This document shows positions 24,810 to 36,895 of a stretch of 38,922 nucleotides of DNA, piece by piece. The position numbers and the translations under genes are program-made. The stretch comes from Conidiobolus incongruus B7586. Taxonomy: Eukaryota. The DNA lies in contig JNEM01010498.1 in assembly GCA_000697335.1 (NCBI GenBank), forward strand, positions 1 to 38,922. The letters are read 5' to 3'. How positions within the stretch are numbered: position 1 is the stretch's first letter; the number at the start of each line of letters is the position of its first letter. A model generated the notes under the pieces. It searched no databases. It was not told where the DNA came from and worked only from the letters and a program-made list of their open reading frames with translations.

Positions 24810-26406
24810 AATGTTATAAAATTATTAAAATTATATTTTAGCTTGATTTAATGAATCTTAAAAAATATTTATAAATACAAATTGTTTAATAGAATAGAAG
24901 CTTATATTGCATTACTCATTAACAATTTGTTAATATACCTCAACTACCAACATTTATTTGTATACTTGAAAATTTAGAATGAAGATAAATACTATTGTTT
25001 TTTCGTGAAAATATATTATATGTTTTGATAATTATATATCATTAATATTTGAAAATATAAGTTTTTAATGCATTTTATATTTCTTTGAATACAAGTTCGG
25101 AATCTAGTACATAGTTTAATGTTCAAAAAGTCATGGTATTAGTAGAGTTTTAAACAAGCTATATACAATCGAAACTCAATTGAAAAATATGTGGAGGAAA
25201 AGTCTCCACATCAATTTTAGGTTGTTAAAAAGTGAAGAATTGCCAAATAAGGAGAGGATTCAGTAATTTTAATTTTCAGTAATTTAAATCTTCAAACATC
25301 AATCATTATATGATATTAGTCAAAAATAATGCTGTTGGTATACACCGGTTTTATTATACATTATTAATTCCAATTAAATGCAATTTTCTTAAAATTTTAA
25401 AATACTCCTAAGATAAATAATACAACTGATATACATATTTATAAAGAATTTATTGTATTCATTTATTTTATAATAATATAAATAATATTTTGATTGGTAT
25501 AATTAATTTTTTGATGAATAATAGCTTGAAAGGTATTCACTGTTAAACCCCAATGTATATCAAATTTCTTAAAATAAATCAATTCCCATTAATATTACAT
25601 ACTATCAGAAATGAAAAAAAATTTAAGATTAAGAGTATTTTATATATTAATTGTATATCGCAGTATTTAATCATATATATATATATCATTCTTTAAATTG
25701 AATCATTGTTAATTGATTCAATTCAACTATTTGAAATTACAATTTGAAATCAAATTGTAATAGAAAATTATAATGAATATACATTGAGAATAATATATTA
25801 TTTAAAGAAATATTAAATTTATAATATTAGGAAAATGGCTTTGTTAAGAAAGCAATATTTTTTTTACTTACCAATAAAAGCAATCAAACAATTATTTACT
25901 GCATAGACTTTTACTCAATTTCGAAAAAATAATAAACAGAATTAAAAATAATATTGTAAGATTTCTATAAATATATATCAAGTGCTAGTTATTGTGTAAA
26001 TTTTAAAAATAAATAACAAAAATAGGGTGAATATTCATCATATTTTGTTATTATTCTAAATAAATCTAACACTACCCCAGATTTTATAAGCTATATCAGG
26101 ATTACTGAGAATGTTAGCTCTGAGTATAAATAAAGCTACACATCAAATCCCAATTGGATTTTTGCGTCGATATTTTATTATTAGATATTTAGTTTTTCTT
26201 GATACTTTCCAAAAACCATTTAATAACATTTACATTTTAAATATTCGTTTGAGATATATTGAAGCAAGATAATAGATTATTGATTCATTTATTATCTAAT
26301 TTAAATTCCAAAAATTCAACTGTACAAATCACTATATTGATTATTTTTTGAGGTTATAAAAATCAATTCTAGTTATTCAATTTTTATAGGATAGCCATTA
26401 TTACGA

Positions 26407-27819
26407 ATGATATTGAAATATTCTTTCTTCATATTACTGGCTAGTGCTAACTTCTTAAAGTTCCCAAAAATTCTTTCAGATTTGGATGATGATTCAGACA
26501 CCCAAGCTACTGCTGCATCTTTAGCCAATGTCCAAACTTTATGGTTCGACCAACCTCTGGACCATGATGATATTACAGCCGGAACTTACAAGCAGAAATA
26601 TTATTTAAACACTCAATTTTACAAACCTGGAGGTCCAGCTTTCTTATATTTGGGAGGGGAAGGCGAATTGAAAAACTCCAGCGTGGCTAGAGGAATTATC
26701 TATGAAATGGCTAAAGAACACAACGGGATCTTATTTGGGCTAGAGCATCGTTACTATGGAGAGAGTCAACCATTCAAAAATTTGACTGTTGACAATTTAA
26801 GGTATTTAAGTAGTATTAACGGTGTGAGAGATGCTGGCAATTTTATCAAAACTGTTATCAATCCTTTGACGAACCAGCCGTTAACAGACACTAGATGGAT
26901 CACCGTTGGCGGAAGTTACCCTGGATCTCTTTCTGCTTGGATCCGCTCTGAGTACCCCGATACTGTTTTCGCTGCTTTGGCTTCTTCTGCTCCTGTCTTG
27001 GCTAAGGAAGATTTCTTCGAATATGATCAAGTGGTTGGATCTGCTTTGGGTGAGGAATGCTTAAATCAGGTTGAGCAAGTTAAGAATTATATTGATAATC
27101 AATTCACAATATATGGTACTCGTCGCAAGTTAAAGGAAGATTTTGGCTGTTCCGATATTGAGAACGACCTTCTCTTCATCAGTACCATCTATGATATGTT
27201 GGCGTCCGTGGTACAGTACAACTCTCCGACTGCTAAGCCTAACATTGATTCCTTGTGCAGTGGATTTACTAATTTAACTACAATAGAACAGAAGTATGAT
27301 TACTTTATCTCACAATTGAAACTATATTTGATTAGTGAAAAGAAAACCTGTTTCCAATTCGCAAACCTGGATTCCGTTATGTCTTTAGACAGCAGCGCAG
27401 GAAGTTCTCGTCAATGGACCTACCAATGTTGCATGGAATATGGATATTGGCAGACAGCTCCCAAGGGCAAATCCACTCGGTCAAGATTTCTCACTGTTGA
27501 TTTCTTTAATGAATTTTACTGCAGTGCCGATATCTTTGGTAGGCGCATTGGACCTCCAAATGTTAACTTTATCAACCAGCGCTTTAGAGCATTAGATAAT
27601 AAGACCTCCAGAATTATTTGGGTCAATGGCGAAACTGACCCTTGGATTGCTCTCTCAGTGAATAATGTAACTGAATCCACTCCTGACAGACCCATTTACA
27701 TTATTAAGAAAGGATCTCACGCCCAAGATTTAAGCGTTGACAGATCAACAGATTCTACTTCTTTAACTGAAACTAGAAAGGCAATTAGAGCCGATATCAC
27801 TAGATGGTTAAATGAATAA
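26407..27819 (+). CDS. Secreted serine peptidase S28, copy 3 (470 aa)
   Basis: Signal-like N-terminus; motifs LEHRYYG, GGSYPG, NGETDPW and GSHAQDL; closest to copy 2. Confidence 0.93.
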   Translation: MILKYSFFILLASANFLKFPKILSDLDDDSDTQATAASLANVQTLWFDQPLDHDDITAGTYKQKYYLNTQFYKPGGPAFLYLGGEGELKNSSVARGIIYEMAKEHNGILFGLEHRYYGESQPFKNLTVDNLRYLSSINGVRDAGNFIKTVINPLTNQPLTDTRWITVGGSYPGSLSAWIRSEYPDTVFAALASSAPVLAKEDFFEYDQVVGSALGEECLNQVEQVKNYIDNQFTIYGTRRKLKEDFGCSDIENDLLFISTIYDMLASVVQYNSPTAKPNIDSLCSGFTNLTTIEQKYDYFISQLKLYLISEKKTCFQFANLDSVMSLDSSAGSSRQWTYQCCMEYGYWQTAPKGKSTRSRFLTVDFFNEFYCSADIFGRRIGPPNVNFINQRFRALDNKTSRIIWVNGETDPWIALSVNNVTESTPDRPIYIIKKGSHAQDLSVDRSTDSTSLTETRKAIRADITRWLNE

Positions 27820-28468
27820 CCACATAATTATTTTGTATGAATGGAATGTATTTAATAAAATTTCTATCCCAATATCACTACAATCCTTTCAATTAAATAT
27901 CCAAGTTCTATAATTTTTGATAATAACAATTGAATAACTTGGAATTTATTTAAATCAATTTTAACATACTTTGGGAATTTAATATATTAAACTTGATATA
28001 CAATTGTCATAATAAATAACATTTACACAGTTTAAAATTATTATAATAAACCATTTAAATAGAACTATAAGTTTATTTTAAATGGTATATACTAAAATTA
28101 AGGATTTGAAGCATTATCAATTATTGAAGTATTATTTGAACGAGAAGTTCAAATAATAATTCATCTTAGTTATTGATGAAATAATTGGAAATAAAATATA
28201 AATTTTGGATCTATTATTTATGATAAAGTATTGGTAATAAACAATATCTAATTAATAATATTATAAATTAAAAAATATTTGTATGTTTAGGAATAGATTG
28301 TGTTGATCAGGTTGCTAAGTACAAATATTGATAAGAAATTCGAAATTATGTGAACAGTCAATGAAAATATATTAATTGAATTTGAGAGGATCTGAAAAAA
28401 GGATAAAAGACTATGAACAATAAAAAATTGTCAAGTTAAATATAAAAATATCAATATTAAATGAGTGA

Positions 28469-30230
28469 TTATTGTTTAGTAAAATCAAAATTAAGAATTG
28501 TTCGAGGTTTTCCATCCTTCTTTCTGGTGCTTCGACTAGTTCCACTAATACTACCACCAGTCAATCCACCTCTAAGGATGGGAGTGTTTGCGTGTTGTTT
28601 GGGTTTGGCTGTCGGAGAGCTAAAGAAATCATCAAAAGTCATGCTGGATTCATCAATTGCGGCAGGAGATTCGGTTTGAGTGGATGTGATCATAGTTTTG
28701 GGAAGATCGAGATTGGTTGGGTGAGAGGTTTCAAATCTAGTTTCCTCAGTTTCGTCAAGTGGACTTTTAGGCGACATGGGTTCAATAGATTTTTGTTGTT
28801 GGATGTTATGAGTTGGTGAAACAGTTTGGCCTTGGTAAGGATTAAATAATTCCCACTCATCGAGGGACTCCCCAATGGGTTCCATTCCCAGTTCTTGTCT
28901 AAGACTGTTCACTTCCATCACTATACTGTCAAATGATGTCTTATTAATAGTCATGAAACCTTCCTCCATTCGGTGACTCTTCCTAAGACTATCCAATGCA
29001 GCATCGCTTTGATCTAATTCTTCATTCAATTGCTCAAGTTCAGTATTAGATTGAGCGATGCTGGATTGAATCGTATGGATAGATTGATCAAGTTGACTCG
29101 AATTAAATCTAATTTGCTCAATTTGATTATTGACATTATTTAAATTCTCTGAATAATGCTGAGAGCTGATCTCTTCTAATCCCAGAGTCTTTTCTAATTC
29201 AATCTTCTTTTGTTGCTCCAATTCAACTTTCATTTTAATTTGATTTAACTCTGTTTGGAGCTGGGTTAGTTTAAGTTGACCTGATGTTCCATAATAATCT
29301 AAATCTGCTGGTAATGGAGGTACTACAGGAGTTGGGATGGAAGGTTGACTTTGGATTGCTGGAGGTGGTTGGGCCACATGAGCTGATTGAATTAAGTCTT
29401 TAGGGAGCTGTGAGGGTAATGATTTGATTTGTTGAGATTTAATCAAATATAAAAGATGTAAAGCAATGCAGAATTCTGAAGCATTTAATTGTCCTCTATC
29501 ATGTGGATCAGACAGGTTCCTATATCAAAAATGATTAATATCAAATAAAAGCATAAGTTTTTTAAAAAATTAAGTACCATATTTTAGCCAATACTTCAGT
29601 AGGCAATTCAGATTGAATAAATAGATATTTAACTTGATCACCAGAAACCATATTGTTTTTGGGATTCAATTGCTTGAATTGATTCAAATAATTTTGTTTC
29701 ATTTGAGGTGTAATAGTATAGACCTGAGGATTTAAAACAGGTTCACTTGGAGGAGGGATAGGTGTAAAACCTTCAAGTATTGGCATCTCAGAAATATCTA
29801 TAGAATTTAACTTAATATTGATAATAATAATAATAATATAATCTTATTTACCAGCATCAAGAACGGCTAGAGTGGGCTGTTGTCCTTTTTGAGCAACAAC
29901 AAGGAGTTTCATACAAAGGTTAAAAGTGCTTTGAGTTAAAAATCCTTCACCATCACTATCACATATTTCCCAAATCTAACTAATAAATTAATATAGTGTT
30001 TAATATTTAAATTATTTTACATTTTACATCTGCTAGAACACTCTGTGGTAGTTTTGACTTTCTCAAAAATGGTGCTACTTTGTCAGCATTCAATCTACCA
30101 TCTACAGGTTGTAAAGATTGAAACCATTTCTTAAAAGTTTGCAGCTGAGTGCTCGGCGAACTGGAAGCTTAAAAATAAAATAAAAAAAATGAGAAGTGGA
30201 TATAATAAAAGATTTGATTCAATTACCCAT
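28469..30230 (-). CDS. EH-domain endocytic adaptor (Eps15/Ede1-like): two EH domains, Pro-rich linker and coiled coil, ~512 aa, 5 exons
   Basis: Exons 30227-30230, 30028-30167, 29852-29975, 29578-29797 and 28469-29519, all GT-AG, total 1539 nt in frame. EH motifs KSKLPQSVLADIWEICDSDGEGFL and QSELPTEVLAKIWNLSDPHDRGQLNASEFCIALHL. The first exon is the least certain. Confidence 0.85.
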
Positions 30231-30584
30231 TTAAAAGGTTTATTCAAACAAATATTTGAGAAAATATTTTGAAATGAATGGAACTATTACAAAAAAGAAT
30301 AGATTTAAAACTAGATATTTATAAAATATGTGAATCAAGTATAAATTAATAAATATAACTGGTAATCAATAATATTATAATATTATTTAATTTACTATTG
30401 ATATTGTTAACAAAGTTTGTATTATATTGATTTGGACTGGTTACTTAGTTTATTTGAAGAATATATTATAATTAAAGTTATGGGATAATTTATTATTTGG
30501 TTCTGATATTAAAGTGATAAAGATATATGAGTTATGTACAATTAAACGTGATATAAATAATTATATATCAATTTATTGATTAAA

Positions 30585-30953
30585 TTAAAGAAACATAGAC
30601 AAAAATCCAGCAGCCATACTAAGTCCACCGAGAGGTGTGACAGGTCCGATATATTTACCTAATTTGGGTCTCAAGGTCAATGCGTAAATACTACCCGAAA
30701 AGCCAATAGCTCCTGCCAATACCAAATTGGTAGCCAATTGAGGTCTTCTGAGTCTTTCATGACCCAAACCGATAGCTAAGAGGGTGAGAGCTGCAAAAAA
30801 TTGAAATTGGTAAGCTGTACGCCAGTTGGCCAATTTGGTAGCGTCATTGTTCACTAATTTGGCTAATCCATGAGCTCCATAAGCTCCTAAAAATACTCCG
30901 GATGCTCCTAAAATACATCCATATCTCCAAGCTGGTACTTTTGATAAATCCAT
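30585..30953 (-). CDS. DUF423/TMEM256-family (UPF0382/YgdD-like) small membrane protein
   Basis: Motifs GASGV.LGAYGAHGL, W.TA..YQF, FSGSIYAL and GPVTPLGG. Confidence 0.9.
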   Translation of the reverse strand: MDLSKVPAWRYGCILGASGVFLGAYGAHGLAKLVNNDATKLANWRTAYQFQFFAALTLLAIGLGHERLRRPQLATNLVLAGAIGFSGSIYALTLRPKLGKYIGPVTPLGGLSMAAGFLSMFL

Positions 30954-32553
30954 TGTTTGATTTGTTATTTGGTAATTAATCGTAAGTTTTACCCAATTAC
31001 ATTATAATTAATAAATGCTATTTAAGGTTCTTGACGTGATTATGGGTTATTACTCATATCTTTATGATGTCATTTATTGGAAATTATATTTTAAATTTTT
31101 GACTTGTGATATACTCTAATTAAAATATTATTCCTAAGTTTTGATATAGTCTAATTATATATTTTTATACAAAATTTCATTTGAATAACTTCAGATTAAA
31201 TAACAATAATAATAATAATCATGCATATTTAGTTGATTATATTAAGTTATATTCATTTCATAATGATTATATGTAAAAAATCAAAATATATAAATTGATC
31301 AATGGTTATGATAAAATTCTTATTACTAATCATTTCACATGTTATATCAGTTTTTCTTGTATGGATGCTGAGCCTATTCTAAAAATTTTATTAATCGGAA
31401 TATTAACTACCCCGATTACCTTTAACAAGAGGTATATTAGATGACTATATACAAGATTATTTTTTATATTTATCTAATTAAATATAGAATATATAATAAA
31501 GAAATAAAGAAAGACTATGTCCAATTAATTGATAGGTCATGAGCTTTGCAATATAATATATGGAAATTATAACCAATATCTAAAAAAAGTTGAACTTTTT
31601 GTAAAATGCAAATTTAGTAAATAATATATACTAGATTTCTTAAAGGATATTTTGGAGTAAAATTTTTAAAAACAGTATTTTTATATTGAAAATGTATCAT
31701 ATAAATAAGTCCAAGTTATTTCAGCAAGTTATTTATTCTTTAAATAGTATATATTACCAAAGCTTTGAAATTATCCAAAAACTTTACGAACATTGATTTT
31801 GCGAGATATTTTTATAATAATTAAGAAATGTTAGTAAAGTATAATTATTATAATTATGATTAAAATTTAAGATTATTTAAAATGTTAGCATAATATATAT
31901 TAATTTATGAATTGATTAAGAAATTATATTATTTAAAACCATTTTTATTTAATTGTAATATTTGATAAAATGGAGTATATTGAATTATTATACACTAGTA
32001 TTTTTCAACAAATTTGAATATAACTTTTATCATATATTCGTATTTTTATTGTCAAATAAAATTGTAGATGTAAATAGTCATTATAATTGATACTGAATAC
32101 GAATGTTTTTTTCGCATATTGATTTTATTAAATTAAATTAATCGATAATAAATTGAATATCAATTGATGTATAGTGTTCAAAAATTAGTGAAATCAAAAA
32201 GATAACCATCTATTGTCAAACCTCTTGAGATTATCCAATAATTTGAAATGACTGAATTTTATGACTTTTATCTTTTTAATTGATTCAAAATCGGTTCAGC
32301 TTTAACCTGTAAATATATCTGACTTTGCACGAAATTTTAACACACTATAACTTATTAATATATTTATTATATAAAATTTCTAACCCAAAAATAATTCCAA
32401 TCAAAATAAACTACAATTATAATTTCAATCCCACAATAGTATTATTAAAAAAATAAAAAATTAAATTGAGTCAGTATTCAGTCAAAATTGAATTAATCAC
32501 TCATTTCAAATTGATTACAAATTAATTTTATTTAATATTAAAATAATTTAAAA

Positions 32554-33956
32554 ATGTCAATTAATCCAAAAAATTATCCAGTACAAAAATTAATGTCAAA
32601 AGCTGAAATGGAGTCCAGACCTGCACCTCCTCAAGTATCTAATTTTTTTTATAATTTCATATAAATATATTAATTATTTGTTTTTAGGTAGATATGAGTA
32701 TTTTGGAAAATTTGGGTGCTAATAGAGGTGGTGGTGATGGTGGTATGAGCTATAATATTTGGTATAATAAATGGAGTGGTAACAGAGATAATTATGGAAG
32801 GTAATTCAAATTCAAATTCGTTAATTGAAATGATACTTATATCATTTAGAGAACGAGCTGAATATAGATGCAAAGTAGAAAGAGATTGTGGATGGACACA
32901 GGGTACAAAAGACCCTGGTGCTTATTTATGTTTATTTTTCGCTAGAGGATGCTGCCCATATGGCAAAGACTGTAAATATAAGCACCGAATTCCAACCTGG
33001 GAGGATCGTGAGGAGATTCCCGTAGATTGTTTCGGTAGAGAACGATTTGGTGAATTTAGAAATGATATGAGTGGTGTTGGTGCTTTTAGCAGAGAAAATT
33101 GTACTTTATACGTGGGTCGTATTGCTCCTTATGATGATATTGATGAAGTTGTATGGCGTCACTTTAGTGAGTGGGGCGAAATCGATACAGGTAATATAAT
33201 TTAATTATCAAAATTTTCCAATAAATATTAAATTTTTTGTCCATTTTTTAGTTAAGGTACTCTATTCCAAATGTGTTGCTTTTGTTCAATATAAGAGAAG
33301 AATTAATGCCGAATTTGCTAAAGAAGCTATGGCTAATCAGAGTTTAGATAAAGAAGAGGTAGATTATTTATTTTATATATTTTCATTCCAATTCAACTTA
33401 ACCTTAATTTTCTATTTTTTTTTGATATTAGATTCTAAATTTAAGGTATTATCTTCACTATTTTATTCTTTTTAATAATTTAGCTAAGATAATATTTAGA
33501 TGGGCTATTGAAGATCCTAACCCTCGTGCTAGAGAAGATCATCGTCAAAGATCTGAACAAAGAGTGTTTGAAGCTTTGACAAAAACTTTACCACCTGAGC
33601 TTATTGATGCAATTTTAGATGGAGATGAAAATTCCAATAAACGTGCATTGGAGAATGAAGATCACACTCAATCCCTCGAAGGTAATAAGCGATATATGAT
33701 TGAAGCTTCAAACAGTCAACAACAAACTGAAACTACACAATCAACGAATCATGAACTCCAACAACAGGTAGAAGAGGAAGAGGATAATGGATTTTTATCT
33801 AAGAAGGTTCTTCAATCGATATCAAAATTTGCGCGAAACATTACATCAGATACAGTCACTAAGAAAGAAGACATGCCTAAACAGGATTCAACTCCTGCAG
33901 CTTTATCTTTGCTATGTAATCAATACGATTCCGTATCTGAAGAAGAGTCAGATTAA
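32554..33956 (+). CDS. CWC2: Pre-mRNA splicing factor Cwc2 (Torus, CCCH zinc finger, RRM), 6 exons
   Basis: Exons 32554-32634, 32688-32800, 32850-33190, 33252-33358, 33432-33445 and 33500-33956, all GT-AG and in frame. Motifs YNIWYNKWSG, CLFFARGCCPYG..C.Y.H, DCFGRERF..FR.DMSGVG, TLYVG, AEFAKEAMANQSL and ILNLRWAIEDPNP. Confidence 0.93.
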
Positions 33957-34348
33957 TTTAAAAATTCATTTTAATATATAATAAAATTTTCATTCTATTT
34001 TGTAATATTATAGTTGTCAATTCCATTTAATATTCACCATATCTATTCATTATTGTTGTTAATATTATAGTATTACGTTTTATTTAAAACAGTTAAATGA
34101 ATATGAGAGATAAATTAAAGTCAGAGCGATATAGTTTATTAAAATTTTGGTGATAAATTTATCAAAGGTTATAATATTCGTATAATATAAATATACTATC
34201 AATAATTTTTGATTCTATAGATCATAAAATAATAAGATAATCTATTTTTGAATTATGATTGATTAATTGAAAATTCGTATATCAGATGTATTTATATTAA
34301 ATTTAAATAGATGAATATTACTGATTAAACATAATAAGTTTATTTATA

Positions 34349-35486
34349 TTAAAATTTTAATAAGTTGATATCGTCAAATAATTTGGTTGATAATAAATTA
34401 GCGTAGGCCTAATATGTTAAGGTTAGTATTCATAAAAATGGGATGATATAAATTATATATTACTCTATAGATGGCAGCATTAGGCTTGTACCCGACAGCT
34501 ATATTAATTATATAATTAGTAATGTAAATATAGAATTTAAATTGTATGATAATTACCGGTAGAAACTTGTTCAGAACCAATGTTAAGAGTAGCCAAATAT
34601 AATCCATCTTCACGGGTAAGAACTCTATAATTATTAGTAGTTAAATAAAAATAAGGAAAATATAATTAAATAAAATAAATTACTCAGAAGTGGGTTCAGG
34701 TAAGGATTTTTGACTTAGAATTTGTTTAACACTTTGTTCAGGGTTTTCAAAGGCCTTTAAGAAGTTGACATTGTACTTTTGATTAAACAAAACTTTGTTA
34801 ACGAATTGCTTGGCAACACTCCATCCCTGTTAAAATATTTAGTTATAGATGATTAATAAAAGCGAATAAATAGGTTACTTGATCGTAGTAAATGGCACCA
34901 ACTAAACCGTGGAAACAAGTGTGAATCATTGCATTTTCTTGTTTAATTAACAAATTCTTGGGAATGGGCTTGTCTTCCTTTTCCTAAATAGTAGTTCATT
35001 AGTATATACTTATATATTATATAAAATAAGAATTTACTTTGAATAATTCATATTGACAAACTTTGCTGAAGTCGTATGGTTTTAAAAGTTCATTAATCTG
35101 TTTTTTACTAAATAGAGTATTAACAGCTTGTTGTAACATTTTTTCGGTACATTGATATTTATTTAAAAATTCTTCAGTAATCATCAAGTTAGTTAATTTT
35201 TCACCTAAAAATATTATTAATAAATAGAAAGATAAATTATATTAATAAATAAATTACCAATTAATTGAAATCTATCCGAATTACTGACAGAGGCGTGTTT
35301 GAAAGATTTATGAGTTAAACCTGAGATATAAGATTCAATATTTTTTGGTTGAATATTGAATTGATTTAAAAAAGTTTCAACTTGTTTAGGTTCTAAATCT
35401 AATTGGATTTTGGAACTTGAGAATGATCTAATTGAATAACGTTGTAAAGGTGTTAAAATACTACGGATATTCTTGACGGGATTCAT
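34349..35486 (-). CDS. Mitochondrial large-subunit ribosomal protein with degenerate RNase III domain and dsRBD (mL44/mL57 family), ~268 aa, 7 exons
   Basis: Exons 35258-35486, 35038-35204, 34879-34983, 34684-34826, 34557-34624, 34464-34498 and 34349-34408 (807 nt in frame; ACTAAC branch site in the last intron). Arg/Ser-rich presequence; LTHKSF.H...SDRFQLIG; GLVGAIYYDQG..VAKQFV; dsRBD-like NPEQSVKQIL...PEP...G...AA...A. Confidence 0.75.
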
Positions 35487-35690
35487 TTTAATTTTATATT
35501 GTATTGTTATTCAAGGTCTATTTGATTTAGTTGATAGTGATTATTATCGTTATAATAATAGTATAGTTATGATAATTATTATCAATATTGTAATTCTGGA
35601 GAATTTGTTTAAATTGTTGTTAAAAAATCATTTCAAATTGTGGGTTACATATTAACTATTTTGAATTTGTATTTTAATCAGATTAATATT

Positions 35691-35718
35691 AATCATCAAT
35701 CATCAATCATCAATCAAT
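35691..35718. repeat. Short tandem repeat (AATCATC)x3-4
   Basis: aatcatcaatcatcaatcatcaatcaat read directly. Confidence 0.7.
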
Positions 35719-36814
35719 AATATAATAATTTATATTCTATCAAAATCTGTTATTTCAAACAATTTATTCAATGTTTTGAAATATAAATCTATAATTATTA
35801 CATATTCCAATAATATTCTGAATATTGTTAACTTATAAATTTATATCTAATTACAAAATGTATATTTAACATTTAATAATTTATTATTATAAATAATGAA
35901 TTTCTAATTTAGAATAAATATACATTACAATTTTTTATATTAAATATTATTTGGTAATAATTATTAGAATTATTAAAATATTTAAAATCAAAAATTTATT
36001 TCTAAAAATGTTTTAACACATTATGTTTGATAATATACAAAAATTGAAAATATAATATTTAATATTCCATTTGAAATACCAGTATTATTTGTAGTTTATT
36101 TAATTAAATGATAATCACAACATACAAGTGTTTGTATTAATAATCTATTCGAATACCACAATAACAATATATAAATATGTGTATATTATATATTCCAAAA
36201 TAAACTGGATCAATTTTTATAGACAAATGTAGTTTTAAAAAATTAATGATAAATAAATATTGATATTAAATGACAGCACCACAATTTGAATTGCATTTTT
36301 AACTTCATTAATATTATTGAATATCAAATAATAAAACAAAGTCAAATACATCTAACTATATATTCTATTTAGTAATATATTAAATCAAATTTATTATAGT
36401 AATTGATAAGAATCCACTATTTTTTCATTATTAAAATTCAATTCAATAATTGTAAAATGACAAATGTTGATAAAGTATCTGAGAGTTGTTTAATCAAATA
36501 TTGATATTTTGTAACGCTAATATTTTCTTTTAACAATGGAAAGTAGTGAAATTAATAACCCCAATTATTGAAAATATTAGTGTCTCGGTTCATTAAAACT
36601 AAAGATATAATGAGAAAATATAAATACAGAGCTTGTTAAAATCAATGTTCATATTCAATAAAGCACTAGTGGTTACATTAATTTTACTGCTAAGCAAATT
36701 TTGACTAAATCTTTTAATTCGATATTTTTTATCATTATATAGAATATCGTCAAAAAATTCAATTATATTAAAATAGTTGATTAATATATTAGTGTAAAAT
36801 ATTTAAGCATATTG

Positions 36815-36817
<3 letters not shown>

Positions 36818-36847
<30 letters not shown>
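36818..36847. repeat. (AT)15 microsatellite just downstream of the VTC1 stop
   Basis: Direct reading. Confidence 0.9.
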
Positions 36848-36849
<2 letters not shown>

Positions 36850-36895
36850 GGTTAGCGAATATATTTAATATTATTAATATTGCTGTACTTTGTTT

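Noticed and set aside
32467..32473. TGAGTCA AP-1/Gcn4-type site upstream of CWC2
   Set aside because: A single 7-mer with no supporting conservation.
34398..34613. 71-aa ORF as a separate gene, or its stop at 34398 as the gene end
   Set aside because: It overlaps exons and introns of the mitoribosomal gene; a GT-AG intron with ACTAAC (34409-34463) gives a better C-terminus ending at 34349.
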